NCBI GenBank assembly: GCA_964016885.1
Contig: OZ024743.1
Coordinates: forward strand, 271,312,001 to 271,376,000
Length of the DNA: 64,000 nucleotides
Direction: 5' to 3'
DNA from: Eledone cirrhosa
Lineage: Eukaryota
Shown here one piece after another: positions 49,931 to 62,831 of this stretch. Position 1 is the first letter of the stretch; every line of letters begins with the position of its first letter. The notes below the pieces were generated by a model that did no database searches, had not been told where the DNA came from, and was given only the letters and a program-made list of their open reading frames with translations. A program made the translations under genes and the position numbers.

Positions 49931-51940
49931 CATCATCATCATCATCATCAGGTTTAGCGTCCGTGTTCCACGCTTGCATGGGTTTGGACGGGGGTTTTCC
50001 CACTTGAGGCAAGAGTGGTTGTCTTGCTCGCATAGGACTGTCTGGCGGGTTTTCTACAGTTGGATGCCCTTCCTAACACCAACCACATTTACAGTGTGGG
50101 GCTGGGAGGTTTTTACCGTGTTGCCTACACGGCCACATTACAGCGTGGACTGTCTGGCGGGTTTTCTACAGCTGGATGCCCTTCCTAACACCAACCACAT
50201 TTACAGTGTGGGGCTGGGAGGTTTTTACCGTGTTGCCTACACGGCCACATTTACAGCGTGGACTGTGTGTTTTTTGTCGTGACACCTACACGATCTCATT
50301 TGTTTCGGCCTGGATGTTGTGGGACCAACATAACTTTACATTGAAAGGGGCGGTGTGGGTGGGGTGGAGGTGGTGGGACGGGGGTGTGTTTTGATAGAGA
50401 TGCCTACTGACTGTAGTAGGTTTTTACTTTGTATTTAGGTAAGGCGGGTCTTCTCTATTACTGAGTACCGCCAAAGGTCTCGGTCCAGTGACATTGTCTT
50501 GGAGAGGTGTAAGCGTGTGAGGTCGGAATTTATCAGCTCGTCCCATGTTTTTCTGGGTCTGCCTACTCCGTGGCTACCGTCTATCTTTATTGCCCTGCAC
50601 TTTGTTATACAGCTGTCGTCTTTCATGCGCATCACGTGACCGTACCAACGTAGCCTTCTCTCGAGTAAACAACATCTGATCCCTCTTATTTCTAATTTTT
50701 TCCTTAGTTCGTTTATGCTTTGCCGTTCACGTATATTACTATTGCACATCCAGCGGAGCATGCAAGCTTCGTTCCTCTCTAGTCTGCGTATATCCTCTGC
50801 ACACAATGCCCAGGTCTCACTGCCATGCAGCATTGCTGTTCGTATGCAGGCATCGTATAACCTGCCTTTCATTTTTAGGGAGAACCCTCTAGCGGCTAAT
50901 AGTGGTATAAGCTCTCTGAACTTTTTCCATCCAGTTCTGACTCTAGCTACTGTACTTTCAGAGCACCCTCCCCCACTGCTGATTTTGTCACCCAGATAAC
51001 GGAAGCTGTCCACTATTTCTATAGAACCCTCTGCGCAGTTGAAGGAGCTAGTATTTGTGGGCACTTGCTGCTACTTATTGCACCAGAGCACCGGCCACAT
51101 GTAAAATCTATGTTCTTAGTTAGCTTACCTGTGATCCCACTACATCTTTTATGCACCCATACTTTGCATTTGGGACATAAAATGGAGTTTCTACCTACGC
51201 CTTTCCTACACACTGAGCATGGCCATTTCCCAGATGGGACCGCCGCCTTATTTTCTTTCCTACAAACTAGAACTTTAGTCTTAGCCAGGTTAATTTTAAG
51301 GCCTTTTGATTCTAGGCCGTGCTTCCATGTTTGGAATTTCTTCTCTAGTTCGGTCATTGATTCAGCTATGAGCGTTAGATCATCTGCGTATAGGAGTTCT
51401 CATGGGCAGCCGGTCTTGAACTCCTCTGTTATAGCCTGAAGGGCAATAATAAATAGTAGGGGGCTAAGAACAGAGCCCTGATGGTCACCAACTTTTACGC
51501 TAAACTCTTCACTATATTCGTTGTTAATTCTAACCTTACTGACTGTTTCTTTATACATGGCTTGTATAGCTCTCACAAGCCATTCGTCAACACCTAGTTT
51601 TCTAAGAGACCACCAGATAATGGAACGGGGGACTCTGTCGAAGGCTTTCTCCAAGTCGACGAAAGCTAAGTATAGGGGTTTACTTTTAGCTAGGTACTTC
51701 TCCTGTAGTTGTCGTACAATGAAAAGAGCGTCTGTGGTACTTTTGCCTGACACAAACCCGAACTGCATTTCATCTAGATCAATTCTCTCTCTGATTAGTT
51801 GCGCTATTACTTTTTCCGTGACCTTCATGACCTGGTCGATTAATTTAATGCCTCTATAGTTACTCCTATCTAGGGCATCTCCTTTTCCCTTATAGCAGTT
51901 AACGATGATGCTGCTACTCCATTCCTTCGGAACAACCCCA
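49931..51940 (-). mobile_element. 5'-truncated RTE LINE, copy E (antisense to PWP2)
   Basis: RT to C-terminus homologous to copies A-D; stop TGA in place of TGG near 51400; 1-nt deletion near 51055; 112-bp duplication in the 3' UTR. Confidence 0.95.
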
Positions 51941-52560
51941 ATCTCCACTTTAATAATAGGTCTTAACATAAGCATAAGGCCAGACATTTTGATGTTGGTG
52001 ATCAACCCCGGAAGGATCAAAGGCAAAGTTGACTTCTGCAGTATTTCAACTCAGAACAGAACTACTAACTAGCACTATGTATCTTCCACTCACATGCCTA
52101 TATTTTGTGTTAATCTGCCTACCAGTACACACTGTAAAGTGGTCGTGTAGGTGTCGCAACAAAAAGCACCCAGTACACAATGTAAATGTGGTTGGTGTTA
52201 GGAAGGGCATCCAGCTGTAGAAACCAAGCCAAAATCAGTTCTGTGTGAGCGAAGCAAGGTCCTTCGACCTGATCTCTCAGAAAGGGACAACCTGTCCTAC
52301 CCATGCTAGCATGGAACATGGACATTAAACAATCATGATGAATTCCACAGGATATTTTTTCTGAATTCCTATGCTGGGGATAATTATACCTGTCAGTCTT
52401 TCATAGTCAATAAAAAAAGGTACCAGTCATATTTAGGTTCAACATACACTGAGGTTCAATTCAATCAACTATATCCCACTTCGTTGTAAGTTGGGTGGCT
52501 TTTTGCCAAAAATATGAGAAATATTTCTTTATCTATCATTTGTTTTTCTTTCTTATTCAG

Positions 52561-52673
52561 TTCTCAAATCTATTGGGGTCTGTGTATCGCCGTGGCAACC
52601 TTGCGTTTACCCCTGATGGTGGTTGTGTGATCAGTCCTGTTGGTAACCGCATCACTATATATGATTTAAAAAA
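52561..52673 (+). CDS. PWP2: PWP2 coding exon 2 (FSNLLGSVYRRGNLAFTPDGGCVISPVGNRITIYDLK)
   Basis: Polypyrimidine tract plus TTCAG acceptor, GTAAGT donor; 113 nt, ends phase 2. Hallmark PWP2 motif ISPVGNR. Confidence 0.95.
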
Positions 52674-54728
52674 GTAAGTACTTTGTCACTTCTCTCTCTC
52701 TCTTTCTCCTTTCTCTTCTTTTCACCTATCCCTTTTTCCCCCCCACCCTGTCATATTTTGTCCTGTTTTTTCTCTCATTTTTTTCTATGCGTGTGCGTAC
52801 ACTCACACATGTACACACACTTGCTTCCACCCAATCTCTTTCTCTTTCAAACACCCACCCACACACCCTCTTTCATACACACACACACACACACAAATCT
52901 CTCTTCCACACACGCACATTCTCTCTCTCTCACCTGCACACACTTTTTATCTCGCTCTCTCTCTCCCCCATCCACATGTGCACACACACTCTCCCCCTCT
53001 CTCTTCCATTCATACACACATGCACACAGCCCCTCTCTCCCCCACTCCATTCACACACACACACACACACACACACATCTCTCCTTTCAACAGACCATGT
53101 GTTTTTGTCTCTCTCTTCCATCAATGTAATTTCATAATTTCATGTGGAACAGATTTTCACCATTCTGAACTCTATAGTAAAGACCACTAAATAGAAATTA
53201 ATGTGACTGTGTGTATATGTATGAAATATGTATGGTGTGTGTGTGTGTGTGTATGAAGTAAGTGTGATGTGTGTGTGTGTGGGAGTATGAAGTAAGCGTG
53301 ATGTGTGTATGATGTATGCATGATGTGTGTATGTATGAAGTATGCCCGATATGTATTGTGTATGAAGTATGCTTGTGTGTGTGTATGAAGTATGCCTGTG
53401 TGTGTGTATGAAGTATGCCTGTGTGTGTGTGTATGAAGTATGCTTGGTGTGTGTGAGAGAGATGCATGTTGTTATTACTGTTTATCCCAGGTCACTACCT
53501 AAAATTATTTTCAAACCCAGTATCTAGGATTACATTAGTCAATATCTCCTTTCATATTTGTGTGACAAATCAGATCAAGTGACCACATCTTGCTCATATA
53601 GATGCCTTTCCTAATACCAACCACCACATACCAGCATGGACTGGGTGTTTTTTATCGTGCCACCAACACTCCCACCTTACAGGGTGGGCAGCCAAGCACT
53701 AGGGTTGATTAAATCAACTTTCTCTTCACCCAAAATTACTGGCATTGTACCTATGTTAAAAATCATCATCATCATGAGTTAAAATCCCCCCAAGGTTAAC
53801 TTTGCCTTTAATCCTTACGGGGTCGATAAAATAAAGTACCAGTAATGTACTGAGTAATTGCTGGCCTTGAGGCCAAAAGTAGAAACAATTATTATTTATT
53901 CAGGGTGGTGGAGTGGCAGGAACATTAGAGTATCAAACAAAATGCTTTGTAGCATTACATTCTGAGTTCAAATCCCACCGAAGTTGACATCCAGAGCTTT
54001 TAAATGATATAGAAACTGTCCACAGAAAAAATGTATTTTGACATGAAAATGATTAAACAAAAAGTGGATTTTGTGTGGTCAAACTGCTTATCCTCCTTCT
54101 ATGGGGCTCTACCAATTTTAGCTTGGTTTCTATGGCTGGGTACTCTTCCTAACACTGACCACATTACACTGTGGACTGGGTGCTTTTTTATCATGACACC
54201 AAAATGACCATAACAAGGTGGACTGGGTGGCTTTTGTTGTCACCTGTATGATCACCTTACAGGTGGACTTGGATGGGATCTTTTCTGTTGTTCCACCAGC
54301 ACAACCACCTTACTGGGTGAACTGAGTACTTTTTGTTGTCACCAGCACAACCACTATTACAAGATGGACTGGGCACTTTATCGTGTCACTAAAACGACCA
54401 CCTTACAGAGTGTACTGAATGCTTTTTTTTTTTTTTTTTTTTTTCGTGTCGCAAGCAGCGGCCTCTATATAGAGTGGACTGCACTACTATCTTAGGGTGC
54501 ATTTGTAGCTGCCTCATTTCATGTTATCAGTACAACCACCTTACAAGATGGACTAGGTGTTTTGTTGCTGTGGATACAAATAGGATATACAGACAATACA
54601 TACCTAATTTAGCCGTTTTTTTTCTTCTCATTTCTATGTAAACCTCCCCCTTCATGTTGTAACTTGTCTTTGTATTGTCTCCTTCATCCGATGCCCTTGT
54701 GGCAAATTATTATTATTCTCTTTCTTAG

Positions 54729-54823
54729 TAACAAAGCAGAGACACTACCTATTGAGAGCAGTCGGAATATTACACATATTGCAGCGTCTCCTGATGGCTA
54801 CACAATTATTTTGGTCAATGAGG
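54729..54823 (+). CDS. PWP2: PWP2 coding exon 3 (NKAETLPIESSRNITHIAASPDGYTIILVNE)
   Basis: TTCTTAG acceptor, GTGAGT donor; 95 nt, phases 2 and 1 fit the neighbouring exons. Confidence 0.92.
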
Positions 54824-57800
54824 GTGAGTACATTATTAGTAAGGGACTTCATCATCATTTAACGTCCATTTTCCATGCTAGCATGGGTATTTAATTAATT
54901 ATTAACCCTTTTATTACCATATTTCTAAATAAAAAACACTGTCTCATCATCATCATCATCATCATCACTGTTTTATGTCTGTTCTTCCACGCTAGCATGG
55001 GTTAGACGGGTTGTCTTGTTGTGGGCAGTGTCCAGTCAGCTGACCTTGTCTTGCTCATACGGCAACTGATTCTGGCTTGATTTCTGCAGCTTGATGCCCT
55101 TCCTAACAACAACCTCATTTACAGTGAGTGCTGGGTGCTTTTTTTTCCATGGCGCCTACATGTCCACTTTACAGTGTGGGCTAGGTGCCTTTTTGCAGTG
55201 GGAGGGGGTGGGGGCATATTGTCTATATGATTCAGCTTCGGCTTGTACCCGTGGGAAGTCGGGTCTTCTGTATTACTGTGTGATGCCAGAGTTCACGGTC
55301 GTGTGTCATCGCCCTTGATAGGGGCAATTGGGTAAGGTCGGCTTTTATCACCTATGGTTTTCAAATAATTTTGAAAACGATCCAGAATTTGTAGAGATTT
55401 AGTTATGTAACTAATTTTCTCATTATTAATTCTTAATGTCCTTTACTACATAAAACTGCATTAGCAAGACATTGAAAAGTTCAAAATCAGCATTGTGACT
55501 GCATTACATTAAAAAGTAAAGTTATTACTCAAACATTAAAAAGTAATGTCTCTGATACTGCAAATTTTCACAATGATCTGTCAACTAGTAAAGATATGTA
55601 AACACTTGAATTACCAAACTCATTTTTAGATACATTCTGCTCAATCATTACAAAATGTTAAGAGTTAAATTGGTGTTTGAGACAAAACAAAAGTTCTTAC
55701 ATAAAATGATGGAAGATTTTTAGATAAATATATGTAACTAAGATGGTTAATTACCGTAACCCTTTAGCATTTAAACCGACCATATCCAGCCAGAATCCTC
55801 TCACCTCTTTCTGTTCAAACCAGCTGTAACCGGCATACTGATGTTAAGGTATTGTTCTCAAAATAAATAATATCAAAATCTCATAGATTCGATATTGTGT
55901 GAGATAAAGCCTTTACCATGAAAATACAATAGTAAATGTAGAGTGATGTAAATGTTAAAGGGTTAATCTAAAACAAACAAAAGCTATTCACAAACAGTGA
56001 CTTGAGTTAAGGAACAGAAAGAATGTTAAAGAGGGTTGTTTTGTTTGACAGTCAGTTGGGTAACAACAAACCTTTTAAGGTCATTTTCCCTGCTAAAGCA
56101 AGGCTTAGCCTACAGGCTCACATGACAAGCTTCTCTATTTTGCTCTATCTTCTATATCCCTTCTGCATTTGCCCCAAATGTTTTATCCCTCCTTCCCCCA
56201 TTTATAGTGTGAGCAATCAAACAGAGACAATACAGGGTTTGAAAAGATCCTTAAGTCTGGATAACAACCTTTCTAGAGTGGTTATGCCAGTGCCACCAAA
56301 AATGCACCCAGTTCATGTTGTAAGGTGGTTGGTATTAAGAAGGGCATCCAGTCATAGGAACTGTGCCAAATATGGAACGTATTAGCAAGATGGGATCACT
56401 CCAATCCGTCTGGTATTGGACAGTGATAACCTATTCAATTAACACCATGCCAGCTTAGAAAGCAGATGTAAAATGGTGAATATTATCATCACCCACAACA
56501 TGTCTTTCTTGGTTTTTTTCCTTCTGTTTCCTTCCATATTCATTTTATTTTTTATCCCTAAATCAGTTCTATTCTAGTATTATTAAAACACCAGAAGAAA
56601 TACAAATATTTGATGACACAAACATCCAACACTCCCTATGGCTCAGTAATTCAGTAATGGCAATTTCAATTGATTTGTTTGGGTTTATTTTATTTTATTT
56701 TATTTTTTTCTCTTTTAGCTTTAAATTTCAAATTGATAAAACACAGTGGAATTTATAAATTGAAATTAAGTTGGCATACTAGATTGATGGAACAAACTTT
56801 TTTTTTAAAAGAATAATTGAAATTCAATAAAAACTGAAAATTTGAATTTGAATTGATTAAAAAAAATATTCCAATAATCACCATCTTCATTGTTTTATGT
56901 AAGCTTTCAAAGCTGGTATATGTTGGACAGGTTGTCACACAGAGTGATCTCATGGTTTTTATGGCTAGATACCCTTCTTAATGCTAATCATCTTACAGGC
57001 TGCATGTTTTTTTCTGATTTTTTTTTTTTTTTTTTTTTTTTTCCATGGTTTAAATTTCAATATCAGACATTCTCTTCTTTTACTCCAAATGAATTCAAAC
57101 CAAAGAGGAAGCTTCTGTGTGCTTACTTGACCTGCTAGAAAAAGAAATCAAATCTTCTTCATATAACATTCTTCTGTCTTAAAAAAGGAAGGATATAGGG
57201 AATATTGTAGGTATGAATACATAATGCCTTGAAAATAATTAAATAAAAAGGAAGGGCATCCAGCCATAGAAAGCTTTCCAAACTGGGTTGGGCGTCCGGT
57301 TGTGTCACAGATATGACAAACTCCCTAGTGCTGGTGATCTCTGCAATAAATACACCCAGTAAAGTGGTTGGTGATAGGGAGGACATTCTGTCATAGAAGT
57401 CCTGCTAAACCAATTGTCAGCAGGACTCTTCAGTTGTGTCAAAGACATACCAGCCTTTGTAGGGCTAATGCCACAATAAAATGCACTCTGTGGAGTGTGG
57501 GAATGTATGTGAGATACATGGCCTGGACCCATCTGAAATATCAGCACCTCCACTTTAGTACTTCTTCTTCACCCTTTTATTCCTGAGAGGTTCATGGGAG
57601 CAGAGTCCTCAAATACTCCTTTAGCTGGTCCTGTCAGAAGCAACTGCCTCCAACTGATCTGGCTAGATCCCCAAATGTGACCAGCCAAGGTCATTGATGT
57701 TATCCAACTATCTTGCTCAGGGTCTACCCCTAGGTCTCTTGCCAGTTGGTTTTGAACACTTGAAAACAACAAATTTTGGATGGATTTAGTAATATAACTT

Positions 57801-58499
57801 TCTGATTACTAAGCTGGTGTTTAACAGTGTTCTTACATAAGAGTGCTCTTGTTATTAAGCTGGTGTTTAACAGAGGGTTCTTCCAATACATTATGATGGA
57901 AAGCTTTTAAATAAAAATATAAGGATTTTAAAACAAGCAGTATTATATTGTAGAAACAGACTGGTTTCAAGTGATTTGATATCAAATCGGTTATTAAAAA
58001 TCATGGTCAGTGTTTCATTGAAAGTATGTTAACAAAAGGGTTAAAAAATGACAGACTCTACTTCTCTTCTGTATAATGTATATAGAAATGCATGAATAAG
58101 TGCATGTACATATGATTAGTTATAAGTCTAATATAACTTAGGTGTGGTGAATTGGCAGAGTTGTTAAAATGTCAGATAGAATGTTTTGCAGTATGCGCTC
58201 TAGTTCTCTGTGCTCTCTGAGTTCAAATCTCACCGAGGTCAATGTTGCCTTTCATCCTTTCAAGGTCAATAAAAAAAAGTATACCAGTCCAGTACTGGGG
58301 TCCAATATTTCTCTATTTTTTTTCCCCCACCCTGCTACTCTTTTCTCTCATACACATACGGGCACACACATTCACAGAAGAATTTGGCTGTGTTTAGACC
58401 AAGATATGCTAATGCCACTACTGTGCCCCTATGACTCCATCAGGTTTTAAGGACTCCATACATACAATATACCTTATATACTGATTTCTTTTATTTCAG

Positions 58500-58599
58500 A
58501 GGGAGAAGCACTGTTGTGCAGCCTCATTAGTCGCACTGTATTGCACCGATTCCACTTCCACAGTCCAGTGCACTGCATCAAATTCAGTCCTGATGGCAG
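58500..58599 (+). CDS. PWP2: PWP2 coding exon 4 (EGEALLCSLISRTVLHRFHFHSPVHCIKFSPDG)
   Basis: TTTCAG acceptor, GTGAGT donor; 100 nt, WD40 FSPDG motif, frame continuous. Absent from the ORF track. Confidence 0.93.
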
Positions 58600-58655
58600 G
58601 TGAGTACTCATGATTCCTTTTCATTATACCAAATCTACCATTGACAGCGGCCCCC

Positions 58656-58975
58656 GTATACCAATCTAACATCCACTCACCCTCCCTCGTATACCAATCT
58701 AACATCCACTCACCCTCCATCGTATACCAATCTAACATCCACTCACCCTCCCTTTGTATACTAATCTGATATAGCTGCAGCACACCCCATCCTTTCCTCT
58801 GCTGTATACCAATTCAACATTGATAACAGCACTCCTCCCATTTCCCCAGTATACCAATCTAACATTGGCGCCCCCCCCCCCCCCCCCCCCTCCTCTTTCC
58901 TGGTATACCAGTCTAACGTTGACTGAAGCCCCCCCCCCCCTCCTCTCATCTACTCTGGTAAACAAATCTGGCATT
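58656..58975. repeat. 33-bp tandem repeat (GTATACCAATCTAACATCCACTCACCCTCCCTC) x3 plus degenerate copies
   Basis: Direct reading; starts about 57 nt after the exon 4 donor. Confidence 0.85.
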
Positions 58976-60398
58976 AGCCATGCCTCACCTAAATATATTA
59001 AATATATTATTGTCTCACTCACTACAAGCTAATGAGAGCCAATTTAATCACTCAACCTGCAAGATATAGTAGTCATATCTCCCTCTAATCATGTTATGAA
59101 ATATTGCATCTGAAATATTAACTGTCTTCATACCAATTCACAAAAAAATTCCTGATTTTCTGATACAAAGTTGCTTATTTTAAAATGTTTATATCATCAT
59201 AATAGTATATATATAGTGTAAAGCATCATCATCATCATCAAAGCGGACGTAAAATGATGATGATTTACACTATATATATACTATTATATTTTCATGGTAA
59301 AGGCTTTACTTCACATAATTATCTCACATAATATCGAATCTATGAGATTTTGATGTTATTTATTTTGAGAACAATGCCTTAACATCAGTATGAGTGGCCG
59401 GTTACAGCTGGTTTGAACAGAAAGAGATGAGAGAATTCTGGCTGGATACAGCCAGTTTAAATGCTAAAAGATTAATGTCTATTTTCTCTGCTTGCATTGG
59501 TTATGTTATGCAGCTAGACAGATCAGGTGACCATGTCTTGTTCATACATTTGCCTTGCTTTCTATGGCTGGGTGCCATTTTGAATGCTAACCAATTTAAA
59601 GTGTGTACTAGGATCATTTTATAGTGACTCCAGCACTCCCATCTTATAGGGTGGACTGGGTACTTTTTATAGAGGCATTAGAGTGACTGGGTGTCTTTTG
59701 GCATGGTACTAGTTATTCAAATAGCACAAGCAGGATTGAAACATCTATCACTGGTTTTGTAAGTACATGCCACTACTCAACAATGCTTACACTATGCTTT
59801 CAAATGTCACCCCTATCTTCTTACTCCTCTGTTAAATCAGACCACACTTGATATACATTCATAAATTCATACTTATCTTCTTTCTCCTCATGCTCCCAAC
59901 CCAAAAGAGCAGAGAGGCCTGTAGAAACCATGCCTAAAAGGTTGAGAGGACCCTTCAGTTGTTTCAACAGCGCAACAACCTCTCTAGTGTTAGTACATGC
60001 TGTAAAGTGGTTTGGTCATAGGAAGGACATCCAGGCTTAGAAAGCTTGCCAAAGAAAATGGGAGAATCTTTCAGTTATGTCAGGACATGACAGCCTCCCT
60101 AGTGTTAGTGATCTACTTGATAAATGCATCTAGTGATCTACTTGATAAATGCATCTAGTGTACGCTGTAGAAGCTTGCTAAACAAAAGGTTGGGAAGGCC
60201 CTTAACTTGTATAATCTTTTGTGCTGGTGCTACGATAACATGCACTCTGTAGAATGTGAGACTGCATCTAAGCGAGATGCGGGACCCCTGGCCTGTCTGG
60301 GAGGTCAGTAGCTCCACTTTAGTACTTACTCGGTCTGTGAAAATCCATCCAACCAGTGAAAGCAGACGTTAAAGGATGATGATATATATATATAAAAA

Positions 60399-60555
60399 AA
60401 GGAAAAGAATGGCTTCACTTTTAATTTGATAAATATTATGATTTTACAATTTAGTTTTGTAGATCTAGTTTTTTTTTTTTAAACCAAATTGTAAAATCAT
60501 ATTATAAAATTAAATCAAATTGTTTAGAACTACAAGTGAAGTCATTCTTTTCCTT
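60399..60555. repeat. Fold-back (MITE-like) element
   Basis: Outer IR AAGGAAAAGAATGGCTTCACTT / AAGTGAAGTCATTCTTTTCCTT and inner IR TATGATTTTACAATTT / AAATTGTAAAATCATA. Confidence 0.7.
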
Positions 60556-60907
60556 GTTTTAAATATACCTAAGTGTACCAAGGATTTCACACATTTTCCA
60601 ATATATATCATCATCATCATCCTCGTTTAACGTCCACTTTCCACGCTAGCATGGGTTAGACATGATGATGCGCGTGCGTGTTATTATACGTCCATATGAA
60701 GCTAAGAGTATATGTAAGTAAAAAAGTGTGTGTTTGTAAGTACGAAGCTGTGAGCAAAAGTATGTGTATATACTGTTGTGTGTGTACAGTACAGAGCTGT
60801 GAAGGTAGATGTAGAGGTGTGTGCGTTTTTTTTGTTGGTCTGTAGCAGCTGAAACAGTGTATGTTTCTGGCCATAATTATATACATATTTTTATTTTTAT
60901 TTTCCAG

Positions 60908-61051
60908 GAAGTTTGCTGTTGCTAAAGGAAACAAAGTGCTTTTATATAGTGCTCCTTGCAGACGAATGAATTTCAACCCCTTCAAGCTACTAAGAACTAT
61001 GTATGGGGCATATGATGACAATGTTTGTATTGATTGGAGTTCAGACTCACG
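60908..61051 (+). CDS. PWP2: PWP2 coding exon 5 (KFAVAKGNKVLLY...YGAYDDNVCIDWSSDS)
   Basis: TTTCCAG acceptor, GTTAGT donor; 144 nt, conserved CIDWSxDSR motif. Confidence 0.93.
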
Positions 61052-61887
61052 GTTAGTGATGTATTTATTGCTTTGTTGTTGTTATTTTATAATCTTGAGG
61101 ATGGTGAGATGGCAGATTCATTAAAGTTTTTGTCGGTTAAATTGTATTTTGGCACTTATTCTGGCTTTTTATGTTATAAGTTCAAATACTGCTGAGGTCA
61201 ACTTTGCCTTTCATCCTTTCAAGGTTGATAAAATAAAATACCAGTCAAGTACTGGGGTAATATAATTGACTTTCCCTTCTTAAAATTGCTAGCCTTGCGC
61301 CAAAATTAGAAATCGTTATTTTACAATATTTAGTATTTAGTCCCACCCTTGCAAGCAGGGAAAAGCGGACGTAAAATGATGATGATGATTTAACCTTTTT
61401 GATACCAACATGCCCTAAACCACTTCAGGTTTTATGATACAAAACTTGTTTTAAAAGGTTTCTATTTAAGTTAAAATCTTCCAACATAATTTGACATAAC
61501 TTTAATAAATCCATCCAAATTCTTCATTAATTGATTCAAATACAGTCTATTTCTTTATAAATATGGAAATGAATGGGTTAATTTGAGTAAATGTTGGGAA
61601 AGGACAAGAAATGTGCTGAGTGCTATCATATGACTTTGAAGTATCAACTTTGAAGTATCAACTTTGAAATAAGGCTGGCTACAGATGAATTGAGAAAGTG
61701 GTCAGGTGTCAACAGTACTGGATAATTCTGTATACAATTGGTGCAAGCATTGCTGTGTGGTTAAGGAATTTGCTTCGAAACCATGTGATTCTGAGTTTAG
61801 TTTCGCTTCATGCCACCTTGAGCAAGTGTCTTCTACTATAGCCATGGTTTGAGCAACATGCTTCATTTCATATTGTTTTTCATATAT

Positions 61888-62232
61888 GGAGGCACATGGC
61901 TTATTGGTTAGAGCATTGGCCTTGCAATCGAAAGGTTGTGAGTTCAATTCTCAGACCGGGTGATGTGTTGTTTCCTTGAGCAAGACACTTTATTTCACAT
62001 TGCTCCAGTTTACTCAGCTGTAGAAATGAGATGATAGGGACTGCGGTCTCTATCATTCCACTGCAAAGTGGTCATGGAGGTGCCATGGCAAAAAAGCACC
62101 CAGCACTCACTGTAAATGAGGTTGGTGTTAGGAAGGGCATCCAGCTGTAGAAATCAAGCCAGAATCAGTTCCCGTCCCACCCTTGCAAGCAGGGAAAAAG
62201 CGGACGTAAAATGAAATGAAATGAAATGATGA
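61888..62232 (+). mobile_element. SINE family 1, short-tail variant, in PWP2 intron 5
   Basis: Near-identical to 44070-44411; tail (ATGAA)n then GAT units. Confidence 0.9.
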
Positions 62233-62686
62233 CTAGGGTTCACATTATTAAAACATCCAAGAGACCTATGAAATGTAGCCATAAGAAGGCTAGTTAAACT
62301 AACATAGGTGTGATCTGTAAATTTCATTTTAAACCATATCACAATTTCACATAAATTCTGCCTGAGAATTATGTTTAGATTACATATGTCTGTGGAATAC
62401 AGAGGCTTGTGTCCTTATAATGTGTCTACAGGAGGTAACAATATATTTCAATTCATACTGTGTTTTCATAGATATTATATTTGGGTCTCATGATGAGTAA
62501 AATAACTGGGAATATAGCCAGGGATTAATTTGTTGTGAAGAGAAAGGGAATAAGATGGTTGTGTCATGACTTGAGAAAAGTTGAAAGGGACACACATTGT
62601 TACAATTTTCAGTCTGCTTTGTTTTGAATAAAAGTTCCTTTTTTTTTTTTTTAACCCTTAAAAACAAATGTTGTTTTTCTTTCTAG

Positions 62687-62822
62687 TGTCTTATGTGTTG
62701 GTTCCAAAGATATGTCAACCCGTGTTTATGGTGCTATCCGATATAAGAATCTCATTATTTATACTATTGGAGGTCATTCTGACTGTATAATTGGTGCCTT
62801 CTTTGAAAAAGATTCTATGAAT
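62687..62822 (+). CDS. PWP2: PWP2 coding exon 6 (VLCVGSKDMSTRVYG...GGHSDCIIGAFFEKDSMN); gene continues beyond the window
   Basis: TTTCTAG acceptor; 136 nt with GSKDM and GGH motifs. Followed by GTATCCTTT (U12-type donor) at phase 0. Confidence 0.92.
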
Positions 62823-62831
62823 GTATCCTTT
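62823..62831 (+). other. U12-type (minor spliceosome) 5' splice site
   Basis: GTATCCTTT matches the RTATCCTTT consensus at the point where PWP2 similarity stops. Confidence 0.8.
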
